Part shown: positions 26,385-38,023 of the stretch, one piece after another
How the letters are laid out: every line of letters begins with the position of its first letter
Numbering within the stretch: position 1 is the first letter of the stretch
Assembly (NCBI RefSeq): GCF_003334255.1
Contig: NZ_QOWU01000026.1
Strand: one strand, 5' to 3'
Origin: Escherichia coli
Lineage (GTDB): Bacteria; Pseudomonadota; Gammaproteobacteria; Enterobacterales; Enterobacteriaceae
Length of the DNA: 63,217 nucleotides
Translations under genes and position numbers: made by a program
Notes under the pieces: generated by a model
The model's input: the letters and a program-made list of their open reading frames with translations, nothing else
What the model was told of the DNA's origin: nothing
Databases searched by the model: none

Positions 26385-29300
26385 TTAGTCATTTTTCTGA
26401 CAGAAAACAGCAATCTCCTGGTCCAGCTCTGCAATGTGTTCTTTTACAGAGTTCAGCAACTGAAGAATTTCAGGCTTACTGTCATCTGAAACAGGTGTTA
26501 TTTCTAACTGATGGCTAATATTAATCAACTTTTGCAAATTCAGGATGTTAGCCGCACCGTGGATGCGATGAATACACTGATGGAAAGTTCTGTTATCGCC
26601 AGCTTCTAGTGCTTGAAACGCAGCGGGTAGATCTTTATGCGTTTCATGCTGGAAAGTCATGAGAATCTCCTGCATCAGTTGTAGATCGTTCGCCGTATTA
26701 TTTTTCAGGGCTTCGATATCAAGGTGGCGATACTGAGGTGCAATATGCGCAACTTGGTGTAACTGACTTAAATGTGTTTTCAGTACATCCAGGGTCAACG
26801 GTTTGAACAAACATAAGTTCATGCCGCAACTTAACCCTTTTTCACGTTCGTTAGCCTGTGCGTTGGCTGTAAGCCCCCAGATGGGTAAGGAAGAATTTTG
26901 CTCACGGAGTTTGCGAGTCAACTCAAAACCATCCATATTCGGCATATTAACGTCAGTAATAAGCAGATCATAATGTTGCATACTGACTTTGTGTAGCGCT
27001 TGCACACCATCAGTGGCTTCATCAACATCATATCCTAATAGATTTAGCTGGCGTTTGAGTAATAGCCTGTTGGTCGGATGATCATCCGCGATTAATATGC
27101 TCAACTTTTCAGGTAGTGTGATGGGTTGTTCTGCTTTTGCCTCGACAGTCGCCACTTGCTGGCTAATTTCTACCGGGATTGTGATCGTAAATGTTGTTCC
27201 TATGCCTGGATGACTTTCTAATGACAAATCGCCCTGCATATTTTTAATTAATTCTTTGCAGATCATTAAGCCTAAACCAGAACCTGTTTGCTGACGACCT
27301 GCACTTGTTTGGCTGTAGCGTTTAAACAGTTGTTGTTGTTCTTCCTGCGATAATCCACTTCCAGAATCCATAATCGTCATTTTGATAACAGCGTGGTTGT
27401 CATCAATGTGACCCAGGGAGGTCGTAATTTTTACTGCCCCCTCGGTGGTAAATTTGAGAGCATTACTCAGTAAATTTGATAAGACCTGCTTAAACGCCTG
27501 AGGGTCGATCTTAACCAGGTAATGTTCAGGAAACGTACTGCTGCAACTTAATGCGATCGATTTGCTTGCAGCAATCGCACCGAAAGAGTGACAAGTGTTC
27601 TGGACTAAAGTAGGGATATCGACCCATTGTGGTTGAAGTTGATAGTTACCCGATTCAATTTTGTCGACATCAAGGATTTCACCAATTAAGCCGAGGAGTG
27701 ATTGTCCGGTGGCGTAGGCAAGTGAAATCGCCTCCACCCGTTGCTCCTTGCTAAGACCAGAACCCGACAGAAGTTCCAGGAAGCCCATAATAGAGCTTAT
27801 TGGTGTTCTTATTTCGTGACTCATCGTTGCCAGAAACTGACTTTTTGCTACGGTAGCCTTTATCGCTTTATTTTTTTCTACCTCGAGTGCATTAATTAGA
27901 TCACGCGTTTCAGTAATATCTTGCCAACCACAAATATATACTGCATTGTCACTTGCAGGAAGATTGCATAATGTATGCCAGTGATTAATGCATCTTTTCT
28001 CGATGCCATTATCAATTTCAAATACCTGTGTGTATATTGTTCGATTTTCTTTCGTTTCTGCTGTGACTTCATGCGCATTAGAAAAAACATCTTTAAAGGG
28101 TGAGTCACTGTTTTCTAATGGTAACATTGCATTTTTGTAGTAATCCGCAGTGAAATAATGTTCAAAAGCACTATTATGACTAATGACATTACCTTGCCAG
28201 TTTACAACATAAGTTGGATTCGGTAAGGAATCCGAGAGTGCTTTTCGGAATGATATTTGGTTTTCTAAATCACCCTGAATGACTTTACGACGACGAACTG
28301 AGCGTAACAGGTAGAATCCCCATAAAAGGCTACTGCCAACTAATAAAACGGATAATGTCGTAACAATATAAAATTGCTCGCTATATAGGTCCCATGTGTC
28401 AATGGTCACATTGGGCATTTTAATCCATTTTTCCGTCAGGCGCAGAACTTCGCTTGGGGGAATTGCATTCAGTGCTTTATTAATAATATCCTTAAGTTCC
28501 GGTTCTCCGCGAGGAAAAGCGAACGAAAGCGATGCATTCGGAACGCCAGGAATAAGAAAATGATAAAGTTCATTAGGATAGTAATGATCGATCATGTAAC
28601 GCGAATTTAGCTGTGTCGCGACCAGAGCATCAAGTTCACCTTCCTTAACCTTGTGAAATGCAGCGCTGGCATTATCGACCTGTATCCATTCAACCTCCGG
28701 ATACATCTCTTTTAATTGCGAATGCAGCTCATAATAATATGGAATGGCAACTTTCATTCCTTTTTTTAATGTTTGTTCACTGTCAGGCGCTTTTTGCATG
28801 ACAAAAACGTAAGGCGTTGTTATGAAGGCTTCAGCAAATAAAACATTATTTTCTCGATCTTCACTATAAATAGCGCCAGGTATTATATCCCATCCTCCGG
28901 GGCTAAGCTGTGTTCCAGCATGGATATTGTGTGAAACGGTGATCGGAGAAAAATTTAAACCTGTTTGCAAGGTAATAATATTAAGAATGTCCCCCATAAC
29001 GCCCCGAACCGAGCCATTTTCATCCGTCATAGAATAGGGGGGCGAGTAAGGATTTTCCAGCACCTTTAAATTGGGATGCTGCTTAATCCACTGTTTTTCA
29101 TGTTCAGTGAGTTCTAATGGTTTGTTCAGAAAGGCCAGGTTTCCTGTATCAAGCCAATTTTGTGATACTTCATAGCGAACTTCATTTGTTAAAGCATCAA
29201 CAAATCTATTGAGTACTTCATTAAGAATGACAGATTCTTTTCTGGTCAAGAAAAAATTATATTGACGCGGCGAGTTATAATATTTCACTACATTTAAGGA

Positions 29301-29978
29301 GTGAGTGAAATAGCGGGAAATCATACTGCTGGTAATGATGTTACTACCAATAAAGTAATCATTGTGCCCAGCTGAGACGGATGCTAATGCCTGATATAAA
29401 TTTGTAAAAGAGATAATTGTTGCTTTTGGAAATGATTGATGAATTACCTCGTCTGGGGGGTAATTTGCTACCCGAGCAATATTTACTGGTTTTGGTGAGG
29501 TAAGCGGTCGCATTGAGTCGTGAAGGGTGGTTACCAGCGCCGGAAAGGTAATTATCAATGGTTTGGTTGCAGCAATGTCATTATTAAGAGGCGGCGAAGT
29601 AACTAAATGTGATAACACTATATCGACTTCACCTTCTGCAAGCGCGTCCATTGCTTTTTGATGATCTGCGTATTCCCGGAGTGTTAATTTGATATTTAAC
29701 GCTCTTTTTAAAAGATTTAAATAATCAGCATTAATACCACGAACCCGTTGCTGCGAATCGGTATGCAACAACGTAGCCGTTTGGGACTTATGTACTGCAA
29801 TCACAAGATTTTTTTTGCTCGCTAACCAACGTAATTCCTTGTTGCTCAGACGTAGTGGATCAAGTGTGACACGGTTGTTACTACTGATGCCACGATATTC
29901 GATGTAATCTTCGTCTGCGAAACTTATGGTCGACCAAAGACCACAACAGAGAAGAAAAATATAGGGTAAAAACTTCAT
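26385..29978 (-). CDS. evgS: Hybrid sensor kinase EvgS
   Basis: 1197 aa ORF: signal peptide, two periplasmic solute-binding-like domains, His kinase, receiver and HPt domains. Confidence 0.93.
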   Translation of the reverse strand: MKFLPYIFLLCCGLWSTISFADEDYIEYRGISSNNRVTLDPLRLSNKELRWLASKKNLVIAVHKSQTATLLHTDSQQRVRGINADYLNLLKRALNIKLTLREYADHQKAMDALAEGEVDIVLSHLVTSPPLNNDIAATKPLIITFPALVTTLHDSMRPLTSPKPVNIARVANYPPDEVIHQSFPKATIISFTNLYQALASVSAGHNDYFIGSNIITSSMISRYFTHSLNVVKYYNSPRQYNFFLTRKESVILNEVLNRFVDALTNEVRYEVSQNWLDTGNLAFLNKPLELTEHEKQWIKQHPNLKVLENPYSPPYSMTDENGSVRGVMGDILNIITLQTGLNFSPITVSHNIHAGTQLSPGGWDIIPGAIYSEDRENNVLFAEAFITTPYVFVMQKAPDSEQTLKKGMKVAIPYYYELHSQLKEMYPEVEWIQVDNASAAFHKVKEGELDALVATQLNSRYMIDHYYPNELYHFLIPGVPNASLSFAFPRGEPELKDIINKALNAIPPSEVLRLTEKWIKMPNVTIDTWDLYSEQFYIVTTLSVLLVGSSLLWGFYLLRSVRRRKVIQGDLENQISFRKALSDSLPNPTYVVNWQGNVISHNSAFEHYFTADYYKNAMLPLENSDSPFKDVFSNAHEVTAETKENRTIYTQVFEIDNGIEKRCINHWHTLCNLPASDNAVYICGWQDITETRDLINALEVEKNKAIKATVAKSQFLATMSHEIRTPISSIMGFLELLSGSGLSKEQRVEAISLAYATGQSLLGLIGEILDVDKIESGNYQLQPQWVDIPTLVQNTCHSFGAIAASKSIALSCSSTFPEHYLVKIDPQAFKQVLSNLLSNALKFTTEGAVKITTSLGHIDDNHAVIKMTIMDSGSGLSQEEQQQLFKRYSQTSAGRQQTGSGLGLMICKELIKNMQGDLSLESHPGIGTTFTITIPVEISQQVATVEAKAEQPITLPEKLSILIADDHPTNRLLLKRQLNLLGYDVDEATDGVQALHKVSMQHYDLLITDVNMPNMDGFELTRKLREQNSSLPIWGLTANAQANEREKGLSCGMNLCLFKPLTLDVLKTHLSQLHQVAHIAPQYRHLDIEALKNNTANDLQLMQEILMTFQHETHKDLPAAFQALEAGDNRTFHQCIHRIHGAANILNLQKLINISHQLEITPVSDDSKPEILQLLNSVKEHIAELDQEIAVFCQKND

Positions 29979-29982
29979 GTGG

Positions 29983-30597
29983 TTAGCCGATTTTGTTACG
30001 TTGTGCGAATGTGTAAAGATCCATCAGTGATTTACATTCTAATTTTTCCATCAGGCGACTTTTATAAGTGCTGACAGTTTTGTTGCTGATGAACATTTTT
30101 TCAGCAATGTCATTATTATCCTTGCCATCAAGAATATACCGCATGACACTAATTTCTTGTTTCGATAAGGAGTCGAGTTTTTGCTGGTCGGACGTTAAAC
30201 TTCCAACAAACCGGTTGAGAGAGAAGGGGAAATAGCAGTAGCCATTTTTTGCAGCTTCAATAGCCGCAATGATATTGTTCATGCCTTCTTTTTTACTCAC
30301 GAAACCATTAGCGCCAGCATCAGCACAATGTTTCCCGTAAAAATGGTCATTTTTAGCGGAGACGATAATAATAATTCCGCTATATTGGCGCTTCCTCAGC
30401 GTTTCTAACACCTGGATACCGTTAACTCCGGGGATATCGACATCAATGATGACGATATCAGGCTTAAGTGTTTCCACCCGCTGAACGGCACTTCCGCCTT
30501 CAGTCAACTCTGCTAAGATTTCAATATCGTTTTTGATCAATAAATTACGAATTGCTGCGATAGCAAGAGGATGGTCATCAATAATTATTGCGTTCAT
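29983..30597 (-). CDS. evgA: Response regulator EvgA (NarL/FixJ family)
   Basis: 204 aa ORF, MNAIIIDDHPLAIAAIRNLL... receiver plus LuxR-type HTH. Confidence 0.93.
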   Translation of the reverse strand: MNAIIIDDHPLAIAAIRNLLIKNDIEILAELTEGGSAVQRVETLKPDIVIIDVDIPGVNGIQVLETLRKRQYSGIIIIVSAKNDHFYGKHCADAGANGFVSKKEGMNNIIAAIEAAKNGYCYFPFSLNRFVGSLTSDQQKLDSLSKQEISVMRYILDGKDNNDIAEKMFISNKTVSTYKSRLMEKLECKSLMDLYTFAQRNKIG

Positions 30598-30813
30598 AGA
30601 TTATTCCCTTTGCAATGAAGCATCTCCCTTCTCCCTGTAGTAATACAGACATAAGGCGTCATCTCATTTTCTCAATAAAAATAAGAAAATCTGAGCTTCC
30701 TTTAAGATAATTCGACAAGTATACCATATAAATAGTCGGCATAAATGAAATGTCAACAATAAAATCAGGGATTGTACCGATGATTTATAGTTTCAAGTTG
30801 GCACTATAAGTCT

Positions 30814-30839
30814 TCTTACTAATCCTACAGGCGTAAGAA
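30814..30839. promoter_or_regulatory. Inverted repeat in evgA-emrK divergent promoter region (EvgA-box-like half sites)
   Basis: TTCTTAC ... GTAAGAA inverted half-sites separated by 12 nt in the divergent intergenic region. Confidence 0.35.
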
Positions 30840-31012
30840 TTGTATTGCAAAAGCCACGGTTTAGTCCTCTGTTGTTTTTTTTGCACCTTATTTAAATTAG
30901 GCCTCCAACGTTCCTGGGATAATGTGCAACACATGCACTGTGTTTGATATGAAGAATGAATGCTCTTTTCATTCAATTCATAAATTTCATCTATGAGAAA
31001 TGAGAGATAATA

Positions 31013-32176
31013 GTGGAACAGATTAATTCAAATAAAAAACATTCTAACAGAAGAAAATACTTTTCTTTATTGGCGGTAGTTTTATTTATTGCGTTTTCAG
31101 GTGCCTATGCCTATTGGTCAATGGAATTAGAAGACATGATTAGTACAGATGACGCCTATGTCACGGGGAATGCAGATCCAATTTCTGCACAAGTCTCAGG
31201 TAGTGTCACTGTCGTTAATCATAAAGATACGAACTACGTTCGACAAGGTGACATTTTAGTTTCACTGGATAAAACTGATGCCACTATCGCACTCAATAAA
31301 GCTAAAAATAATCTGGCAAATATTGTTCGGCAAACGAATAAACTATACTTACAGGATAAACAATACAGTGCCGAAGTCGCTTCAGCACGTATTCAGTATC
31401 AACAATCTTTAGAAGATTATAACCGTCGAGTGCCGTTAGCGAAGCAGGGGGTTATTTCAAAAGAAACGCTGGAGCATACCAAAGATACGTTAATAAGTAG
31501 CAAAGCGGCATTGAATGCCGCTATCCAGGCTTATAAAGCGAATAAAGCTTTAGTAATGAACACACCATTAAACCGTCAGCCACAAGTCGTTGAAGCGGCG
31601 GATGCAACTAAAGAAGCCTGGTTGGCGCTTAAACGTACGGATATTAAGAGTCCGGTTACCGGCTATATTGCCCAGAGAAGTGTTCAGGTCGGCGAAACAG
31701 TGAGCCCCGGACAATCGTTAATGGCTGTCGTACCGGCACGTCAAATGTGGGTTAATGCCAACTTTAAAGAAACACAACTCACGGATGTACGGATTGGTCA
31801 ATCGGTCAATATTATCAGCGATCTTTATGGTGAAAATGTTGTGTTTCATGGTCGGGTGACAGGGATCAATATGGGAACCGGCAATGCGTTCTCCTTATTA
31901 CCTGCACAAAATGCGACAGGGAACTGGATCAAAATCGTTCAGCGTGTACCGGTTGAAGTTTCTCTTGATCCAAAAGAACTCATGGAACACCCCTTGCGTA
32001 TTGGTTTATCGATGACAGCAACTATTGATACGAAGAACGAAGACATTGCCGAGATGCCTGAGCTGGCTTCAACCGTGACCTCCATGCCGGCTTATACCAG
32101 TAAGGCTTTAGTTATCGATACCAGTCCGATAGAAAAAGAAATTAGCAACATTATTTCGCATAATGGACAACTTTAA
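31013..32176 (+). CDS. emrK: Multidrug efflux membrane fusion protein EmrK
   Basis: 387 aa ORF, HlyD-type periplasmic adaptor with single N-terminal TM. Confidence 0.9.
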   Translation: MEQINSNKKHSNRRKYFSLLAVVLFIAFSGAYAYWSMELEDMISTDDAYVTGNADPISAQVSGSVTVVNHKDTNYVRQGDILVSLDKTDATIALNKAKNNLANIVRQTNKLYLQDKQYSAEVASARIQYQQSLEDYNRRVPLAKQGVISKETLEHTKDTLISSKAALNAAIQAYKANKALVMNTPLNRQPQVVEAADATKEAWLALKRTDIKSPVTGYIAQRSVQVGETVSPGQSLMAVVPARQMWVNANFKETQLTDVRIGQSVNIISDLYGENVVFHGRVTGINMGTGNAFSLLPAQNATGNWIKIVQRVPVEVSLDPKELMEHPLRIGLSMTATIDTKNEDIAEMPELASTVTSMPAYTSKALVIDTSPIEKEISNIISHNGQL

Positions 32177-33714
32177 TGGCAATCACTAAATCAACTCCGG
32201 CACCATTAACCGGTGGGACGTTATGGTGCGTCACTATTGCATTGTCATTAGCGACATTTATGCAAATGTTGGATTCCACTATTTCTAACGTCGCAATACC
32301 GACAATATCTGGCTTTCTGGGAGCATCAACAGACGAAGGCACCTGGGTTATCACCTCGTTTGGTGTAGCAAATGCCATTGCGATCCCTGTTACTGGCAGG
32401 TTGGCACAAAGAATAGGCGAATTAAGATTATTTTTACTTTCAGTCACTTTTTTTTCGCTGTCTTCATTAATGTGTAGCCTATCGACCAATCTTGATGTGC
32501 TGATATTTTTTAGAGTCGTTCAGGGGTTAATGGCGGGGCCGTTAATTCCACTGTCACAGAGTTTATTATTAAGGAATTATCCGCCAGAAAAAAGAACATT
32601 TGCTCTGGCATTATGGTCAATGACCGTGATTATCGCTCCGATATGTGGGCCGATATTGGGCGGTTATATTTGTGATAACTTTAGCTGGGGTTGGATATTT
32701 TTAATCAATGTCCCTATGGGGATTATCGTCCTGACATTATGCTTAACCTTACTTAAAGGAAGAGAAACTGAGACTTCACCGGTCAAAATGAATCTACCAG
32801 GACTGACCCTGTTAGTGCTCGGTGTTGGTGGCTTGCAAATTATGCTTGATAAAGGGCGCGATCTGGATTGGTTCAACTCGAGTACAATAATAATATTAAC
32901 AGTAGTATCAGTTATTTCTCTGATCTCTTTAGTCATTTGGGAGTCGACCTCAGAGAACCCGATTCTTGATCTCAGTTTGTTTAAGTCCCGTAACTTCACC
33001 ATTGGTATTGTGAGTATCACATGCGCGTATTTATTTTACTCTGGAGCGATCGTCCTTATGCCGCAGTTACTCCAGGAAACGATGGGGTATAATGCGATAT
33101 GGGCCGGACTTGCTTATGCGCCCATCGGCATCATGCCACTATTAATTTCACCTTTGATAGGACGTTATGGCAACAAAATAGACATGCGGTTGTTAGTGAC
33201 ATTTAGTTTTTTGATGTATGCGGTTTGCTATTACTGGCGTTCTGTGACATTTATGCCAACGATTGATTTTACAGGCATCATTTTGCCGCAGTTTTTTCAG
33301 GGATTCGCCGTTGCCTGTTTCTTTTTACCCTTAACAACGATTTCGTTTTCAGGCTTGCCAGATAATAAATTTGCCAATGCCTCGAGTATGAGTAATTTTT
33401 TTCGTACCTTGTCAGGATCAGTTGGTACGTCGTTGACAATGACGCTGTGGGGACGACGCGAATCGTTACACCATAGTCAGTTGACAGCAACCATCGATCA
33501 ATTTAACCCCGTGTTTAATTCATCGTCACAAATTATGGATAAATATTATGGTTCGCTTTCAGGAGTTCTTAATGAAATTAATAATGAAATAACCCAGCAG
33601 TCACTTTCTATTTCTGCAAATGAGATTTTCCGTATGGCGGCTATTGCTTTTATCTTACTTACGGTTTTGGTTTGGTTTGCGAAACCGCCGTTTACAGCGA
33701 AAGGCGTTGGGTGA
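32176..33714 (+). CDS. emrY: MFS multidrug efflux pump EmrY
   Basis: 512 aa 14-TM MFS ORF, start overlaps emrK stop. Confidence 0.9.
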   Translation: MAITKSTPAPLTGGTLWCVTIALSLATFMQMLDSTISNVAIPTISGFLGASTDEGTWVITSFGVANAIAIPVTGRLAQRIGELRLFLLSVTFFSLSSLMCSLSTNLDVLIFFRVVQGLMAGPLIPLSQSLLLRNYPPEKRTFALALWSMTVIIAPICGPILGGYICDNFSWGWIFLINVPMGIIVLTLCLTLLKGRETETSPVKMNLPGLTLLVLGVGGLQIMLDKGRDLDWFNSSTIIILTVVSVISLISLVIWESTSENPILDLSLFKSRNFTIGIVSITCAYLFYSGAIVLMPQLLQETMGYNAIWAGLAYAPIGIMPLLISPLIGRYGNKIDMRLLVTFSFLMYAVCYYWRSVTFMPTIDFTGIILPQFFQGFAVACFFLPLTTISFSGLPDNKFANASSMSNFFRTLSGSVGTSLTMTLWGRRESLHHSQLTATIDQFNPVFNSSSQIMDKYYGSLSGVLNEINNEITQQSLSISANEIFRMAAIAFILLTVLVWFAKPPFTAKGVG

Positions 33715-33821
33715 TGATAAAAGGAGGGGGTTATAGCGGGTAAGACCGGGGATCTTAAGTCTGCGCCATCGGCAGCATCGCTCACCCAGGGAAAGGATTG
33801 CGATGCTGCGTTGAAACGTTA

Positions 33822-35150
33822 TTAACGGCCTTTTGCCAGATATTGATTCATCTCTTCTTCCGGCACCATTCCACCTCCCGTCGCCCACACCAGATGAGTG
33901 GTATTACGCAGTTGTTCTGCGCTGAAACCGTGCATCTGTTGGTAACTTACTGATGCACACACGCGCTGAGGTCCGGCCATACCCGCCAGTGCCGAAGGTT
34001 CAAGACGAATACCTTCTTCCTGCGCCAGCCAGCCAAGCATGTCATACATGGTTTGATCGCTAAGGGTATAGAAGCCATCCAGCAGACGCTCCATTGCCCG
34101 CCCGACAAAGCCTGATGCGCGACCAACTGCAAGGCCATCCGCTGCGGTAAGGTTGTCGATACCAATATCCTGAACAGAAATCTGATCGTGTAATCCTGTA
34201 TGGACGCCTAACAACATACAAGGGGAGTGCGTTGGTTCGGCAAAAAAGCAGTGAACATGATCGCCAAACGCCAGTTTAAGCCCGAATGCGACGCCACCAG
34301 GACCACCGCCAACACCACACGGCAGATAGACAAACAGAGGGTTATCAGCATCGACGATACGGCCTTGCTGGGCAAATTGCGCTTTAAGACGCTGGCCAGC
34401 GACGGAATACCCAAGGAACAACGTGCGGGAATTTTCGTCATCAATAAAGAAACAGTTCGGGTCAGACTGCGCTGCTTTACGTCCTTCCTCGACGGCAACA
34501 CCATAATCTTGCTCATATTCCACGACCGTAACGCCATGGCTGCGCAGTTTCGCTTTTTTCCATGCCCGGGCATCAGCAGACATATGAACTGTCACCTTAA
34601 AGCCAATGCGGGCGCTCATAATGCCGATTGATAACCCCAGATTTCCGGTTGAGCCCACAGCAATGCTGTATTGGCTAAAGAACTGTTTAAACTCCGGAGA
34701 AAGCAGTTTGCTGTAGTCATCATCAAGCGTCAGCAACCCCGCTTCCAGAGCCAGTTTTTCTGCGTGTGCCAGGACTTCATAAATCCCGCCGCGTGCTTTT
34801 ATGGAGCCGGAAATGGGCAAATGGCTATCTTTTTTCAGTAACAGTTGCCCGCTGATCGGTTGCTGATATTCTTTTTCCAGCCGTTTTTGCATAGCTGGAA
34901 TGGCAACCAGTTCTGATTCAATAATCCCCCCAGTGGCAGCAGTTTCAGGAAATGCTTTTGCCAGATAGGGTGCAAAACGGGATAAGCGCGCATGGGCGTC
35001 CTGAACATCCTGTTCGGTCAGGCCAACATAAGGTAAACCTTCAGCCAATGAGGTCGTGCCAGGATTAAACCAGGTGGTTTCTTTAAGAGCAACCAGATCC
35101 TTTACCAACGGATACTGGGCGATGAGCGAGTTCATTTTAGCGTTTTCCAT
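33822..35150 (-). CDS. dsdA: D-serine dehydratase (PLP)
   Basis: 442 aa [34 protein letters not shown]... Confidence 0.92.
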   Translation of the reverse strand: MENAKMNSLIAQYPLVKDLVALKETTWFNPGTTSLAEGLPYVGLTEQDVQDAHARLSRFAPYLAKAFPETAATGGIIESELVAIPAMQKRLEKEYQQPISGQLLLKKDSHLPISGSIKARGGIYEVLAHAEKLALEAGLLTLDDDYSKLLSPEFKQFFSQYSIAVGSTGNLGLSIGIMSARIGFKVTVHMSADARAWKKAKLRSHGVTVVEYEQDYGVAVEEGRKAAQSDPNCFFIDDENSRTLFLGYSVAGQRLKAQFAQQGRIVDADNPLFVYLPCGVGGGPGGVAFGLKLAFGDHVHCFFAEPTHSPCMLLGVHTGLHDQISVQDIGIDNLTAADGLAVGRASGFVGRAMERLLDGFYTLSDQTMYDMLGWLAQEEGIRLEPSALAGMAGPQRVCASVSYQQMHGFSAEQLRNTTHLVWATGGGMVPEEEMNQYLAKGR

Positions 35151-35167
35151 AGTACGTCTCTTTGCGC

Positions 35168-36505
35168 TTAGATGATAAATGACAGCAGGAATGTGCCCGC
35201 CAGAGCGACGACTGAAGCGATAAATGTCGCTGTCGTATAGTATTTAAATGTTTCATTGAGCGTAGCGCCGCAATATTGCTTCACTAGCCAGAAAAGCGAG
35301 TCCGTAACGATAGTGCAGCCAATTGCACCTGAACCGATAGCAATCGCAATAATTTCCGGGCTGATGTCGGGATACAGCGGCAGCATGGGTGCAACAATTG
35401 CCGTTGCCCCCATCATTGCCACGGTAGCGGAGCCCACTGCCGCATGCAGAATAAGAGCCACTAACCAGGCCAGAAGAATCGGGTGCATATGCATATTGGA
35501 GAGAATAACTGCCAGCGTATCAGCGAGACTGCTGCTTTTTAAAATGGCGTTGAATGCGCCTCCGGCCCCGATAATCAGCAAAATATTAGCAATAGAACCG
35601 AAGCCATTTTCCGTATGTGTGAGCATCGTCCCCATGCTCATATGCTGGCGTATACCCAACACATAATAGGCGACAAACACGGCGATAAACATGGCAGTGA
35701 TAGGGTTGCCAATAAACTCAACCAAGATATACAAACCACTCTCACGCGCCATATTCAATTCGGCAATCGTTTTAACCAACATCAGCGCAATGGGTAGCAG
35801 TATGGTGAATAACGTTGCGCCTAATGACGGTAGTGTTTTTTCATCGCGAACTTTGAGATCTGCAAACTCTGTGGGTACAGGTTTAAAGGGCAGTCGTTGA
35901 CCCAGAAATTTAAGGAAAAGTGGGCCACCGATCAGTGATGCCATCAGCCCAACCAGCAAACCGTAGACGATCACCGAACCGATATCTGCGCCCAGCTTAT
36001 TGGCAACATATAAAGCAGCCGGATGTGGAGGAACCACGCAGTGCACTGCCATCAATGCGGTACATAGCGGAATGGCAAGCTTTAATAATGAGGTATTGGT
36101 TTTTTTGGCAATTGAAAAAGCCAGAGGAATCAATAGCACGACGCCCACTTCAACAAACAGCGTGATGCCACAAATCAGGCCAACCAGCACCATAATGACA
36201 TCAACTGAAAGCCAGCGGCAGCGTTGAAGTGTCAGACCAATTCTTTCTGCGGCCCCGGATACTTCCATCATTTTTCCCAGTATAGTGCCAAGGCCGATAA
36301 CCGCTGCGAGGAACCCCAGCGTTCCGCCAATTCCACTTTCAATAGCATTTACCATATCCAGTGGCCCCATGCCCATCATCGTTCCCACGAAGAAGCTGGC
36401 CAGCAACAGCGCCAGAAACGGGTGGAATTTGAACTTCACGATGGTCAGTACAATTAACACGATGCTGATAAGCAGCGTGCTCACAACCCAGATTTGAGAG
36501 TGCAT
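35168..36505 (-). CDS. dsdX: D-serine transporter DsdX (GntP family)
   Basis: 445 aa polytopic ORF immediately upstream of dsdA. Confidence 0.9.
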   Translation of the reverse strand: MHSQIWVVSTLLISIVLIVLTIVKFKFHPFLALLLASFFVGTMMGMGPLDMVNAIESGIGGTLGFLAAVIGLGTILGKMMEVSGAAERIGLTLQRCRWLSVDVIMVLVGLICGITLFVEVGVVLLIPLAFSIAKKTNTSLLKLAIPLCTALMAVHCVVPPHPAALYVANKLGADIGSVIVYGLLVGLMASLIGGPLFLKFLGQRLPFKPVPTEFADLKVRDEKTLPSLGATLFTILLPIALMLVKTIAELNMARESGLYILVEFIGNPITAMFIAVFVAYYVLGIRQHMSMGTMLTHTENGFGSIANILLIIGAGGAFNAILKSSSLADTLAVILSNMHMHPILLAWLVALILHAAVGSATVAMMGATAIVAPMLPLYPDISPEIIAIAIGSGAIGCTIVTDSLFWLVKQYCGATLNETFKYYTTATFIASVVALAGTFLLSFII

Positions 36506-36722
36506 ATCTCACCTTCCCCTGTGATTAACCTGATGATATTGGACAAAAAAACAACGCAGGCTGACAAACGATAAAATTTGCCTTTCACATGAGGTAAATT
36601 GCATCAATGGAGTGATTTACATCTAAAAATGAAGGTGAATTGAGATATGGTTCACTTTAGCTCATCTCATAGCTGAAATTTTGCCGCTATTTTTTTACAC
36701 TTAAGCGAAAAATGAGGTGATT

Positions 36723-37658
36723 ATGGAACCCCTTCGTGAAATAAGAAATCGGCTGCTTAACGGCTGGCAATTATCAAAAATGCATACTTTTGAAGTGGCT
36801 GCCAGGCATCAGTCCTTCGCCCTGGCGGCAGAGGAATTGTCGCTGAGCCCCAGTGCGGTAAGTCACCGTATCAATCAGCTGGAAGAAGAATTGGGCATTC
36901 AGTTGTTTGTTCGTTCCCATCGCAAAGTGGAATTAACGCACGAGGGGAAACGTGTTTATTGGGCGCTAAAATCGTCGCTGGATACCCTGAACCAGGAAAT
37001 TCTTGATATCAAAAATCAGGAGTTATCGGGAACGTTAACTCTGTATTCCCGGCCCTCTATCGCCCAATGCTGGTTGGTGCCCGCATTAGGTGACTTTACA
37101 CGCCGGTATCCGTCTATTTCGCTCACCGTGCTCACTGGTAATGACAACGTCAATCTGCAACGTGCCGGAATCGATTTGGCGATCTACTTTGATGATGCGC
37201 CGTCAGCGCAACTCACTCATCACTTTCTGATGGATGAAGAAATCCTGCCAGTATGTAGCCCGGAATACGCTCAAAGACATGCTTTAACCAACACGGTAAT
37301 TAACCTGTGTCACTGTACGTTGCTCCATGACAGACAGGCATGGAGCAACGACTCCGGTACGGATGAATGGCATAGTTGGGCGCAACATTATGCGGTTAAT
37401 TTGCCGACATCTTCTGGAATTGGCTTTGATCGTTCTGATTTAGCTGTTATTGCCGCGATGAATCATATTGGGGTGGCGATGGGAAGAAAACGCCTGGTAC
37501 AAAAAAGGCTTGCCAGTGGTGAGCTCGTCGCGCCGTTTGGCGATATGACGGTGAAATGCCATCAGCATTATTACATCACCACATTACCGGGCAGGCAGTG
37601 GCCAAAAATTGAAGCGTTTATTATCTGGCTAAGAGAACAGGTAAAAACCACTTCATAA
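36723..37658 (+). CDS. dsdC: LysR-family activator DsdC
   Basis: ORF 36717..37658; start at MEPLREIRNRLLNGWQLSKMHTFEVAARHQSF (311 aa); divergent from dsdX. Confidence 0.9.
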   Translation: MEPLREIRNRLLNGWQLSKMHTFEVAARHQSFALAAEELSLSPSAVSHRINQLEEELGIQLFVRSHRKVELTHEGKRVYWALKSSLDTLNQEILDIKNQELSGTLTLYSRPSIAQCWLVPALGDFTRRYPSISLTVLTGNDNVNLQRAGIDLAIYFDDAPSAQLTHHFLMDEEILPVCSPEYAQRHALTNTVINLCHCTLLHDRQAWSNDSGTDEWHSWAQHYAVNLPTSSGIGFDRSDLAVIAAMNHIGVAMGRKRLVQKRLASGELVAPFGDMTVKCHQHYYITTLPGRQWPKIEAFIIWLREQVKTTS

Positions 37659-37753
37659 TGAATAAAACCACGAGTTCCTGGTGTGCCTTATTCGGCCTGC
37701 TAGTTCGAATTTAATTTACGGTTTTTATGTGGTTTTAGGGATAAACACAAGGA

Positions 37754-37828
37754 TGGTGTCCCCTGCAGGAATCGAACCTGCAATTAGCCCTTAGGAGGGG
37801 CTCGTTATATCCATTTAACTAAGAGGAC
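37754..37828 (-). tRNA. argW: tRNA-Arg (anticodon CCU)
   Basis: Minus-strand 75 nt: GTCCTCTTAGTTAAATGGATATAACGAGCCCCTCCTAAGGGCTAATTGCAGGTTCGATTCCTGCAGGGGACACCA; 7-bp acceptor stem, GGTTCGATTCC T-arm, CCU in anticodon loop, 3' CCA. Confidence 0.9.
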
Positions 37829-38023
37829 ATTGTTGCGTATTGATTTTGGTTGTTCACCATATGACTGATAATACCGTCTTTATGGTTTTAAAATCAAGGT
37901 GTAAGTTCGTTTTTGTTCATGGTTGATTATCTTCTTTTGCGTTGAAAAGTGTTTTGTTCACTTGCTAATGCGTACATATTGAGTACAGAATACATTATAA
38001 ACTTGTGTACAGGATATAAAGCA

